A stretch of DNA of 64,000 nt, from positions 124,001-188,000 of the forward strand of contig JBEWZL010000012.1 of assembly GCA_045837725.1 (NCBI GenBank), given 5' to 3'. The position numbers were made by a program, and so were the translations under genes. Shown here piece after piece: positions 43,276 through 55,600 of this stretch (positions are counted from its first letter, which is position 1; each line of letters starts with the position of its first letter). The notes below the pieces were generated by a model. It searched no databases and was not told where the DNA came from. It saw nothing but the letters and a program-made list of their open reading frames with translations. The DNA comes from Vermamoeba vermiformis (lineage: Eukaryota).

Positions 43276-46200
43276 CTAGTTATTTGTTTCGACCTTAATA
43301 GGCGATCCAATGCCATTAACAACTGCTTGTAGTCTTTCATAAGCATCAGAATCCAAGTGCTCCTTGATGCGCGGCAAGCTGTAGTAGATGTGACGGTGCA
43401 ACTCGACCATACTCAGCAACAAAATGTTTTCGGGGATTTCAACTGGCTGTATGCTAGACTCACTGGTGCCGCCGGGGAGGGTCTATTCAACATAAAATCA
43501 GTACATTGTACGCGCTAGACACGTGTCAAAATGTCTCGCAACACGAGTACGTACCGCGCAATCATCGAAGAACTGATTGATCTCGTTCTGATTCTCATCG
43601 ATAAAGTCATTCAGCTTGGCCATGTGTTGTTCTTTGCCTCCGAGCTTGATGTTGTTGGCAAGGGACTGCAGTGTTTTTGTGATCAACACGAAGACTCTTC
43701 GTGCTTCTTTGCTGGGAACCTCTGAACAAAAGTGAAAAAAAACACTCGTTAGTCATCCATTCAAATAAAAAAAACAATCAAAAACGACCAAATAAAATGA
43801 CGTTGAAATGATATGAAGATGTTCTGCGTGTCAAAGATATTTGTTTTGTGTGCGATTGCTTACTTCTTGTCAAACCGTATGCTTCAGGCAAGTTGATTGC
43901 AGGGTTCAAGAATCGCAAGAAAATGAAGCCACCAATCGCGGTGTGTCTGGCGCTCGGGTACTTCTCGTTAACTTTCTCTTGCAAGTAGTGGCAGATCATG
44001 TTCAAAGGTCTATTTAGGATTAGTCAATATGACTTACAGTACTATAGAATTACGAGCAAATACTTACAAAGGAATGTGCTCGACTGACTTGAGAATCTTA
44101 GACAAGATCTGTTGAGCAGTCAAAAGCAATTGATATTTGTTGACTTTGACGTCTTCTTCTTCTCCCAAAAGTACTGGATCCATCTGAACAAACACAAGTT
44201 AGTTATCAGTCTCAAAAAAAAAGTGACCCGTGTCAACAAGGACGAGATCGCGAGATGACTTACTTCAGTTGAGATTTCACCAGCTGAGGTCTTTTCAACG
44301 AGCAAGAAAATGTCGTCGCTGAGCGTGTTCCACAAGTACTCCAATCCGACCAACTTGCTGTAGAACTTCCAAGCAGTAGTCGTGACGGTGTTGCCACGGA
44401 ACAAGGTACCTTCGTTGGTGTTGTGTTCGCTCAACTCCCTGTCAATCAACGAGTACATGAGGGGCAAGAATCGGCCTTGAGACTCGAACACGTAAGTGAT
44501 GGCTTGTGACACGCGGTCAATGTCAGTGGCACTGGTCACATCTTCATGCACAAGCGCCGTCAAAATGCGCATGTCCTTCTCAGTGATCAACTAAAAACAC
44601 ATCCAAAGTTAGTTCCTCGAGCTTGTCAAATGTTAATAAGGGTCTTATTATACTGACCTCCTTAAGCTTCTGCAAGCCCGGGACGTAAGTGTCACGATCT
44701 TTACGCGGGAGTTTGGACTCAGTCATGGACTTTCCGAAGGCGATGGGCAAGAACTCAGGAGGACCAGGCTTGCGCTTCAACAAAGTAGCGTCGTTAACCC
44801 CACCGCGAGCTCTGCGGCGCAAGAAAATGACGAGCAAGACAACACCACCGATGATGATCAGACCGGCGGGAATGAACAACAAGTACAAGAGTGGATCTGC
44901 TTGGTAGTCCGGGCATTGGTTCTGTTACATCACAAATCGTTAGTAAAGCCAATAGTACTACATCCTATGATATTATTTGGGTATGATCAAGTGAAAATTG
45001 AGCAAGATTTTCGCCGTCGTTATGGATTCGTTTCTCGTCTTAGCGAGATAACGTCATCTATTGCTAAGTGAACGGCGTAATTAATCCTCTCATTATGACT
45101 ACTTACAGCTTGACCGGATGAAATAGCGACACTATTGCCGCTAGGACAGCTTTCGGGAGCACGGCAAGCCCCAACATCGCGACACCACACGCAGCCTGAA
45201 GGGAACGAGGATCCGGTTTGTTTGATGCAAGCCACGCAGCTAGTCTTCTCGTTATGACAACCTACGCATTGCGAAAAGATTGAGTCAAATTTACTCTGAA
45301 AATTCGCACGTGAAAGAGTGGATTTGAAAATGGACTGGAAACACAAATTATCCATTGACCGGAGTTTGGGAATTATAATTAATTATCCATGGATCGATTA
45401 TAAAAGGAATAATGTTAAATTACGATTAATTCAAGAAACGTACCGACAAATTCCCATTGTGCACCGGTGTTCAAGTACACCAACTTGCCATCACCAATAA
45501 AGCCAGGGGTGCTGACCGTTCCGAATGGAGTATTGTAGGCTGTTTTAATATGATTAGTATTGTCACGCGTAACAATTTACTCCGAAACTAAAAATTACTA
45601 GTTTTGACTTGGTGACAGGTGTCATAAAGTGTCACACAGATTGCAATCAATTTAAAAATTAAGTAATGTTGTGGCTGCGCGTGGAATTCGATTTAAGCAG
45701 CTGTAAGGTTATTATATGCGAAGAATCTGTATAGTACTTACAATAGTAAGTCAAAACAGGCCAAGAAGTTAACGGATCAATTCCGCTCGTGGAGAAATTG
45801 AAGTTCAAAGTGAGCTTGCCGTTAAAGTAACCAGTGCCGTTAATCACCATAGAATCGGTATCTACATTGTTGGTACCAGCTATGTAAAACAACAAATCAG
45901 AAAGTAAATTCGCAATCTTGGCCAGAATCTTCGTGACATCAACTTTGAAATTATTCCAGAACTTTGAAATTTAACTAAACTTGATCTTTTGATATATATA
46001 ACGTACCGATAGAGAAGATAAGTTCACCAGTGTTAGCATTTTGATTGAAATCGCCGATCAGTTGGAAAGTACGGGCATTGTTCTTCGAGGGGGCAGTGGC
46101 ATTGCCGATGTAAATAGCGCCGTTGTTATTGATTGTACCAGTCATAATGCCTTGCAACTCCAAGACACCGTCGTTCTGAAGATTTTGTACGGTCAATGAG

Positions 46201-49200
46201 CCTCCAGGATTGACTGCCACATAAGTGGATGGGGCATCTTGGTAGATGGCTCGCTTGCCCGAAGCTTTTGTTTGAATAAAACGACCAGATGAAGCACCGA
46301 GAGTACCACTAACTGTAATGATACCCTTGTTGATGAAATCAACGTTGCCAGAGTCAACAATGACATTCTAAATAAATTTTTGTTAGAAACCGGATCTCGA
46401 TCAAAGAAATATTTGTGGGGATTAATTTTTTGACCTTCAACCAATTAAATATATCTCCATATACATATATGTTATATTGGCAGTCTTACCTTGGGAATGG
46501 TCACATCACCGACGAAGGTAAAGGTCGATCCTTGTCCGTTGAACTGTAAATCGTCTCCGTTACCGCCAACAATGATGGTGTTAACGATAACATTGATGTT
46601 AGACAAGTATTTGCCAGAACCAGATTGGAAGAGAAGATTGTTGACGGTCAAACTGTTGCTTCCAGTTCCGCTAAATCCACCGCTGATCCAGGTAACTGTA
46701 TCGAGAGTGGAGAGACTTGGAGGAATGTTGAAATAACCGCCGTTGAGATTAATAGCGGTAAATATTTGGGTAACATTAGGCTCAGGTTGGAACTCGATCT
46801 GACCACCAGCAGTTGTAACGGATCCGTTGAATTCGCAGGTGATAATCAGCTTGCCAGAAACTACTTCAACAGTGCCTTCGGAAACGTCCAAGCTACCAGC
46901 TACATTCAAAACAATTATTAGATCAAACTAATTCTAAAACCATAATGCCGCGAAAGCGCGATCTGTAGAGGCCTCAAATAATTGAATAAAGCTGCCTTAT
47001 TATAGATTATAGCCATATATTGTTACTTACGTCCGCTAATGTAACCAACACTGCCTTCAGGCAAGAGCACTCTCAACTTGCTAACAACTTTCAAGTTCGT
47101 ACTAGCATCAAGAATGAAGGTTAAACCACCATTCGGACCAGCGTTTTTGCTAAATAAGACGATGTTAGCACCTAGTTGTTATTTACACGCTTAAACGACA
47201 AATTCGTTCGTGGATCGCATCCACAAAATTCAAATACGTACAATTCAAGAGTAGTAACGCGAAGGTTAGGGCCAACTAAAGTAGAGTTCATGCTGAGCGC
47301 AACAGTCAAGCCAGAAAGGCTGGTTCCATCAGCAAACTGCAATTGACCACCGTAAATACCAAGGTTGCGATTGAGAGTGGTCAAAGTGTAACTAAGAATG
47401 GATCCGGGACCCGAAGCAAGACGAACATAATCTGCATATGAATCTCCAACCAAACTAAGAAGAAATCAGTGAGTACACCATAAAAAAGTTGGATGCGGAT
47501 GCACTTACTTTGTGTCCACTACTTGAACGAAGCCGTTATCATAAATGCTGAATGTCTGCATAATGTTAACACCGGTCGTCTTGACACCAACTATAGCTCT
47601 AGTATCCTCAGGAATGACGGTACCAGTGGCGCTACCAGACAAAATAACACGAGCTCCAGCAGCGATGTTCAAGTAATTGCCAGTGACTCCGTCGTCCGTC
47701 AAGTCTGTAGCTAAGACGGTGCCTGACACGATAGTTCCGTTGGCTTGGATCAGCTTGCCGATATGGAAGTCAATGTCGGCAACAACTTTATCGACCACTC
47801 GCAACCAGCTGGTTGAAATCAGATCCGTTTGAATGACGGTGGTACCCGACAAAGCTTCAATATGGCAACCACTCATCGTAGTAGCTGAAATAATTCGTCA
47901 TTAGTAAAAATTGTGGAGGGTTTTTAATCTAAATATGGACTATCGAATCAACTGTTCTAATCATGATCTGATTGATTTTGAAACTTTACAACAGAAAAAT
48001 AAAGAATTAAATTTCGATAGATTGATTTAAAGAGCATCGTGGCTGTTTGAAAAAAAGATGATACTTACTTGACTTAAAGTAACAGAAGTTGGCTTGGCAG
48101 GAAACATAGCCGTTGGAACTTGAAGTAAAAGAACCTTCAACATCGGCTGTACTGATACCCCCGTTCAAGGGAATAGGAACGCCGACGAGACTCAGGCTAA
48201 GAGAGCAATTAGGTCATGCATTCGTATCGTGGCCAGATCCAGATCCGGATCCAGCATAAGCATTTTACTTACGCTGCGCCAGCCGATGAATCAGAGTTAG
48301 AAATATCCCAGGTGCCCTTAATATCAGCGTAATTTGCGGAGATGATGAAACGACTGACGGCGTTGTTGGTAGAAGGAGTGGTAAAAACATTCAAGTACAC
48401 CTTCTCACTGTACAAGCTCCCTGAAACTCCTTTGCCGGGGAAAACGACGTTTCCACTATCAGACAACGAGATTAGGCACGTTATATATGATAGGGCTCTA
48501 CTTACGTAAGAGTAACGTTCATGACGCAGCAGTCAGTGTCGTAAGCAGTGCACGTGTTGCAAGTTCGATCGTCGGTCGTGAGTGAAGTTTCATTGAAGGT
48601 CGACACAACGACAGAACGACCAGAAAGACTGCCGGTCAAATCGATCGTGCCAAGAGTCCAAGTTTTTTCGGTAAAACTGGCGCCGACTGACTTAGACCAC
48701 TCACTTCTGTACAGCAAGCTCAGACCCCTACAACGCATTTAGTAATTGACCATGTTTCGCCTAACAACGCTTAATCTGACTTACTTTCCGACCCTAGTAG
48801 CACCTGAGATAGTGCTGCGAAGCTCGAGCGTAGTTTGGGAACTTTCAATCTGGCTGTACACTACCGAGAAGAGCGTAAGTTTCGATAACAATAAGCGCTC
48901 GAGCAAGTTGTTTTGACTTACCGCTTGCAACTGGCCATGCAATACCACCAACGGGCTGTAGTGCATTGGTAATACTAGCACCACCACCAACGACCAGGTT
49001 TAAAAGAGATCCAGAGTCGAATCTCGGAGCGGGTGAAGCAGCAGTCAGGGACAATCGTCCTTGCAAGTTAAAGGTGATATTGGCATTGCTTTGCAGCCAT
49101 ATAGTACCCCAATTTGTATCGGCAAAAATACCCACACGGCCAGTAGTAGCACTAAATTGCAATAATTAGAATCCGGAATCTAGATCGAATAAAAAAAACC

Positions 49201-49774
49201 TCGATTTAAAGGTAGCAACCGAATCTTAGGATAATTAACAAGTATAATAACTTACGAAGTAAAGATTGCTCGATCTGCAACACCTGGCACTCCACTGGGC
49301 GACCAGCTGGTCGCTACACCTACAGAAGCGTCGTCTAACAATTTGTTAGCTCTTAGTAATTACGCAATAGTTAACTATATATTAATTTAACGAGGTACGT
49401 ACTACCGCCAATGAAGGTGTAGTCTGTTTGCGCTGAGACGTAAGAGCAAAACCCTGCGAGAAAACGTTAGCGTAGAGCTCAAATAGCATTAGAAATATAA
49501 GGTCATATTTAAAATTCGCTAATACTTCGAGTCCAACACCGGACACGTGTAAATGAAACAGATGCAGCTAAATTAAGCGCAGGTAGAAAATTAACATATT
49601 TAAAGGCTGCTCGCAAGAATTGTAGGACTTATGATGGTTAATTATATTGACAAGGTGATTTTCCAAAATTGTCAGAAGAGCGTTGAGTTGGATGTGACTG
49701 GGTAAGTAACGATTACAGTTAAAATACATACCAGCAATTGCGAGGATAAGAATTAATAAACCTCTGCTATTCAT
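43276..49774 (-). CDS. Single-pass receptor-like RasGAP A: signal peptide, beta-solenoid-like ectodomain, PSI-like module, TM, RasGAP
   Basis: MNSRGLLILILAIA; WSPSGVPGVADRAIF; G/T/N-rich strand repeats; CHNEKTSCVACI...GCVWCRDVGAC; TM LFIPAGLIIIGGVVLLVIFL-RRR; TLFRGN, GGFIFLRFLNPAI and KTLQSLAN. Confidence 0.88.
43548..44372. repeat. Left arm of a near-identical inverted repeat (two tracts) shared with 57908-58676
   Basis: Reverse complement matches the plus-strand paralog almost base for base, including two introns. Confidence 0.9.
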
Positions 49775-50472
49775 GATAATTATAGAATACAAATTTAGCG
49801 AAACTGATCTCGGGTTGCAAAATCTAGTCCGTTTTGATTAATTGTTGACTTCTGTTCTTCAGGGACTGTCGAAAAACAAAAGAAAACACTGTCTAACTAA
49901 TAAATAAAGTAGAGTTCGCAATTGTGTTCGCGACTCGAAGCGTAGAATAAAAAAATTGGTAAAGATTTTGTTTTCGGTTGATTCTGTCACGTTTTGGAGA
50001 CCGTAGGATGACCATATATTATCGTATAATAGTTCTCCTAGCAAATAGAATCATGAAGGAGGCATTGCCGGGTAAACAACAGCAAGAGTAAAAGTTTGAA
50101 TCGCACAAGATCCTGTCACGCGCATCTGTCATTGTTAACCGCAATTTATGGTTCTCCTAATCCGCAATAGTTAATTGATTCGTAACACCGCCAAGTAGAA
50201 ATAACAATTTCTATTGTGACATCCGGGGGCAACCCGAAAAAAACCTCAAAAATGGAATCCCGCGCAAGATCCAGATTCAATCGTGAATAAGCCGGAACTA
50301 TCTAGCAACTTATACTCCTCGTATTCTTATGGAAATCCACTTGCTAGCTCGAAAATAAAGACTGCCAGTAAGTCAGGTTCGTTCACCGAATATATTTGAT
50401 TGCCACATAAAGTAAAAGACATACTATGACGTATACGAACATACAATTGAATTGGAGCTGTTTACGAGGCAC

Positions 50473-51601
50473 TTAGCAGCCGAGAGGGAAGCCTTGAATC
50501 GGCGACTAATGTTTTGAAATCTCGTTAGATGGTTTGTCATTGCAATTTTTCGATGCCCGAAACACTTACGCTGAGAATCGCGTTTTCAACCTTCTGGCCG
50601 TAAATTCCATCTTCGTCCAAAGTCGACTCGGGGTTATTTCTGTTCCACAGCTTTTGGAAAGCAAGAACTGACAATTTTCTACCGATAATATCATTAGTAA
50701 ATCAAGAAATAATTCTTCCGCAGTTCCGATAACGAATTATGTGTGTATATTCATATAAGCATTCTTACTTTACGTCTTCGCCGCCAGCAACGTAATCAAA
50801 GTGTACGGGATCAGATGAACCAAAATATTTCCATCCATTACTCTCAAGAGTAGATTTCCAAGCAGCAGCGTTGTCGATATCAATAGAAAGACCACCGTTA
50901 TGGTTGCTAGCGCCTATTGTCATGATTGAAGGTTAGATCGCGAACTAGGAATCACGATTTAGACTTACCAGGCTTTCCGGCCAAAGGAATACCGCATTTT
51001 CCCTTTAGAAACCATTTATAGAGCATAAGCTGTTGCGGGAGAGTTCTCAAAGCGCTGTTAATCTTCATTTTCATGTCAGATTTCGCATTCAAGGCAGCAG
51101 CAAGGGCTTCGGCAGCGGGGTTTTGAAGGAAAGGAACTACTTTAACTAATAAAAAGCCGTTAGACTAGCTAGTCGACATATTTATACATTAAAAATTAAT
51201 TTTTGAAAGCGGGCTAGAAATGCGTACCTGCAGGCCCGAGATCCAGATTGCTTGCCAAGTAGCTGATATCTGCAAAAAGATCCGTTTGAAGGCAATTTAA
51301 CTCTGTTACCAATTGTCTAGCAAGCCCTTCGAGCACTCCAGTGTTGCATCCGGCATCAGTTATAGCTACAGAAAATTCTGATCAGTACATTTTACCTCAA
51401 AATTGCTGAGCTATTAGCAGGCTGCCGAATATTATTTTATGCGATACTTACCATCATTAACCGTTTGGCTAACAGCGGCTCCGCAAACTGTAACCAGAAT
51501 CTGGAAACAATTAGAAGGTATTCTCGCACCTTGTGAACAGTACTGCAACGCGAATAAATATGCGATGTACTTACAAAAACAGCGAGTTGCAGCTTGTTCA
51601 T
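50473..51601 (-). CDS. Secreted M15-family (D-Ala-D-Ala type) zinc metallopeptidase with C-terminal peptidoglycan-binding-like segment; 7 exons
   Basis: Spliced: signal MNKLQLAVFILVTVCGAAVS; INSALRTLPQQLMLY; PGASNHNGGLSIDI (SxHxxGxxxD); DPVHFDY; VLAFQKLWN...DEDGIYG; SPIQGFPLGC*. Confidence 0.88.
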
Positions 51602-52654
51602 GTTGTTGTGTTTGTGTTGTACTGCGATGTATCAAGAAAAGGATCGAACCAACAACCGGTCCTTGTTGCCAAGCCAAGACATAGCCAGGAACAACAGCTT
51701 GCAAGATGACTTAATATATGCATCGTAGACTGGGAATCAGTCGAGAAGAGGCAACTTAGGTCCGTTGGCTCTGTGAACGAGATCAGCCACTGGTACGTAC
51801 TTTATGCAAAGGTCATGCAATTCAAATAGTATACCAACTGAACCTAAGTTGAATAGTTATAATTATTTCCATAAGAGATAATATTTACAAGAATGGCGAA
51901 AGAAATTTTCAATTGGAACGGTCAGATTTGTTTGCTTGCAACTTAATTAGGTTAAAAAAAAATTGAACGTTGAATTTATGAGGCAAATATAATTTTTGTT
52001 TTGTTGTTTGAATATTTTTCATTGTTTTTTGAATTTTGTTCACCCGTGCAGAGCTAAATCAAGATGAGCGCTATTTATGGAGCAGTTTCAATAAGTAATA
52101 TAAGTATGCTTTAATTAAAAACATGCTACCTATATTCTCGAATAGCAAAACTGCAATAGGTCCGTTTGCCATTTTGCAGATTGCAAAACCAACGCATTTG
52201 CAACGGCCACGGTCTTAAATTGTTACTCAGTATGGTCATGTTATCCTACGTACGACTTGGCATCATTGTGATGCCTTCATGTTTTCGAACGAGTCACAAT
52301 AAATGCATCTGCATGAAATCCTGTCTGCAGCAGAAACTGACAGGATGACATCTGGCTTCAGAAAACGAACAAAAAAACTCTTTTGCATTTATTTTTCCTC
52401 TGTAAACGACACACAAGCAAGACCTAGCGAGTAGTATCATTATATTTTGTGATACTTTGTGTGGCTCGATATTCGTTTGTACATAGTTATTTAGCGCACG
52501 GTATGTCGTTGGCGATCGGATTCAATTAAATGACGCGGAATATGCATGCGTTAAGCGACATTATTCCGCTCATGCTATAGTCTTTGATAATATACTTCAA
52601 TTCGTATCAACTAACCTGAGTTCAATGTTGCAGAATAACGATCAAAAAAAGAGG

Positions 52655-55600
52655 ATGCGCCGTTTTTTATTTTTGGCTCTATTTATTACACTGGCCTTCG
52701 GTCAAAGTAAGTAATTAACGCATATATTGGTAGTATACAACGAACTGTATGCTATTTTCATTCACCTTATTGAAGGTAGTACTAATAAATTTTTTTTGCT
52801 AGCTATCGTGTCGTGGAACAGCCAAGGTAAGTTAATAATTGCTTAATTCAAATATTATACTCGAGGGAAAACACAATTTAAAAGAATTTAATAATGGAGA
52901 TTCACTTTAATGAAAATGACTGATTTTGCCGCGGTTCGCCACTCAAACCGTTGCAGATGTGACCAAATACATTACACACTTACGCGCAAATATACAATCA
53001 AGGCGATGCGCGATCACTTGTCACAAAAGAAATTAGAGAATCTTGTAATTTAATTTTATTTGACACGTGAAATTCCCAGCGTATTATTGCGTGTAACGAT
53101 TTTCTTTTGCAGGCACAGACCACCTTGTAACTAACACTGCGAATTGGTTTGGCGCCGGTATTCCTGGTGTAACCTCAGTGCCACTCTTCTCCGAAACGTA
53201 AGTCATACCTCCTTGAATCTGATTTGGTAACTAACTAAATCCGGCGCAGAACGGGCATCGTCGAGTTTCCACAAGGATACAATGCAAAATGGGCGTCTGT
53301 AGATTATTCCACAGGCTCGAATATGACATTATTGATGCACCCGAACTCATCTCTCAGTTTCGCTGGAACTTATAGTAAGTGCACTCCGTAAATGCTCAAT
53401 TTTGCATTTTTGTTTCATTTTTACCTAAGTCGGTTTTTGAAATTACCTAATTCATATTTATTGAACCGCGTACTTCGATCTGCGCCCAAACGAAGCGAGC
53501 CAAGTTCTTACGCTCGATTTCGCAAGGAATTTTATCCTGACTTTATATAAATGAAGCAATTTGTACGATTCTAATATTGCTCTTTAGCTGGTTTTATGAC
53601 TGGGCAGTGGAAATTGGATGCGACAGGTCCGGTGATTGTGGACATCACCAAACTACAGAATGGTGATCAATTCTTGATCCTTAACCTTGCTGAAGGTAAT
53701 GTATCTTAATTAGGAGATTTTAAGCCTTACAATAATTCTGGATCACGAAAGTGGCGCAATACCTGATAACTGCTCTTTTATCTAATCTATTATTTTAAGT
53801 CTCCATCCAAGATAATACCGCTACTGTATATTCCTTTGGTCCAATAAGAGCGAAAACTAATTTCAAGTTTGGGTAGGCATCGCGTTCCTTAACATGAATT
53901 GAAACAAAATTTTACTAAAAAAGGAAATCTAATTAATTATTTTAATTTTAGCGCTGGTACTTCCCCCGAGTTTATTTGGCACACGGACTTCCGTTACAAG
54001 ACTCCTGCTAACGTTACGCTCCCCGCTGAAGCGACTTGGACCATTGGCGATGTAGTTGTTCAAGCACCCGCATCTGGATTTGCTTCCGTGAATATCCTTG
54101 CCCTCCCGCTCGGCACTAGACAATTTGGCAAGACCTGCACGGCAAGCTGTACAGTATACGAAGATTGCTGCATTATGAACGCTACACTCAGGTAAGTTTT
54201 CAATGCCCGATCTGCTCTTCAAAGCTTAACTTTTCTATGAAGTGGTGTCACTACTATCAACGGCCAATTCCAGTTCTTGTACGACACAAGTGAAATTCGC
54301 ATCAACTTCGGCTCTTCAAACACGGCCAATGTCGTGCTCAACAAGAATTTGATCTTCCAATCAGCCTCGGTCTCTTTGGACGGCACTTGGCAGATTGACC
54401 CAAGCGCCTCTATTTCGGCGACCGCCCTGGCCATCGCCCCTCTCGGAACTACAGCTACACGCGCAGAGTTCCTTGGCACGATCACTGGTGGAACTGTGAG
54501 CTTGAATGGTTACGACCAGTTGCTCTTTCAGTCGACTGTAGATCTGGCTACCAACGTGCAATTCACCGGCAATCAAGTTGATTTTTACGGCACTGAGCTC
54601 TCCGCAGCTTCGTTGGAGCTCACTGCCTCGACTATGGCTACGCACCTCGATGAAACAAACGTCAACATTGGCAGTTTGACCATCATGACTGACATGACTT
54701 TGACTCAAGGATTTGTTCGTGCTGGTACTTTGAAGGGCTCAGGACAAACCTTTTACGTGTCTTCTGGTATGTGCTGTCAACTAGACATATCTTTAATTGA
54801 ATTGCTATCGCTTGAATTAGAATGACATTTTTGACATGTCGCGCGGGCATATCTTTAATACTTTAATTTATAGGTGCATCTTTAACGGTCGATACATTTG
54901 CAACTGCCCCCAGCATTGTTTTGGAGTCATTTTCTTCTATTTTGGCTATTACTTCACCAGACTACTCCTTTGATCCGTTGAATTCCGTTTCAGGCTCAGT
55001 TTCGCTGCTTTTAGTTAGCAACAACAAGTAAGTCCACGAGCTCGCCTTATATATGGTCAATACTAAATATTATGGTTTAGTTTCGTTGGTGAAAACGTGC
55101 CCGGAAACTTCCCGTTGAGAATTGGTGAGGACGCGACCTTGACTTACGCGAGCTCTTCAGTTAGTCGCCAACTTGAGATGTACGGAGGCACTTTGAAATT
55201 TAGTGCTCCAACCGTTACTCTCGACCACCTCATTGCCAAGTTCAGAAGCAATGCTACAATTTCAGGCAGCGTTATTAACGTGAGCTCCATGGAGATGTAA
55301 GTCGGCGTCAAGTGCACCTTGCGCACCACCTTGCTAACTTTCCTTGCAGTGTTGCCTCGAGGATTGTCAACAAGGTGCTCGTCATTGACACCAACACGAG
55401 ACTTAACATTGTTGGATCGCTTAACGTGTCTATTCCGACCGGATCTGTTGCCACACTTTCGGGAGGTAAGTCCGACCGGATCTAGAAGATATAGTTCCAA
55501 TTTTTAACGGTTGTAATAGCTGGCATATTGGACGCTTCGCAAGGATCAATTGAAGTGTGGTCAGGCAAGCTGATTATTCAAACTGATTTTGTCGGCTCCG

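Noticed and set aside
51640-51655. B-box-like GGTTCGATCC on the minus strand
   Set aside because: No cloverleaf or A box can be built around it.
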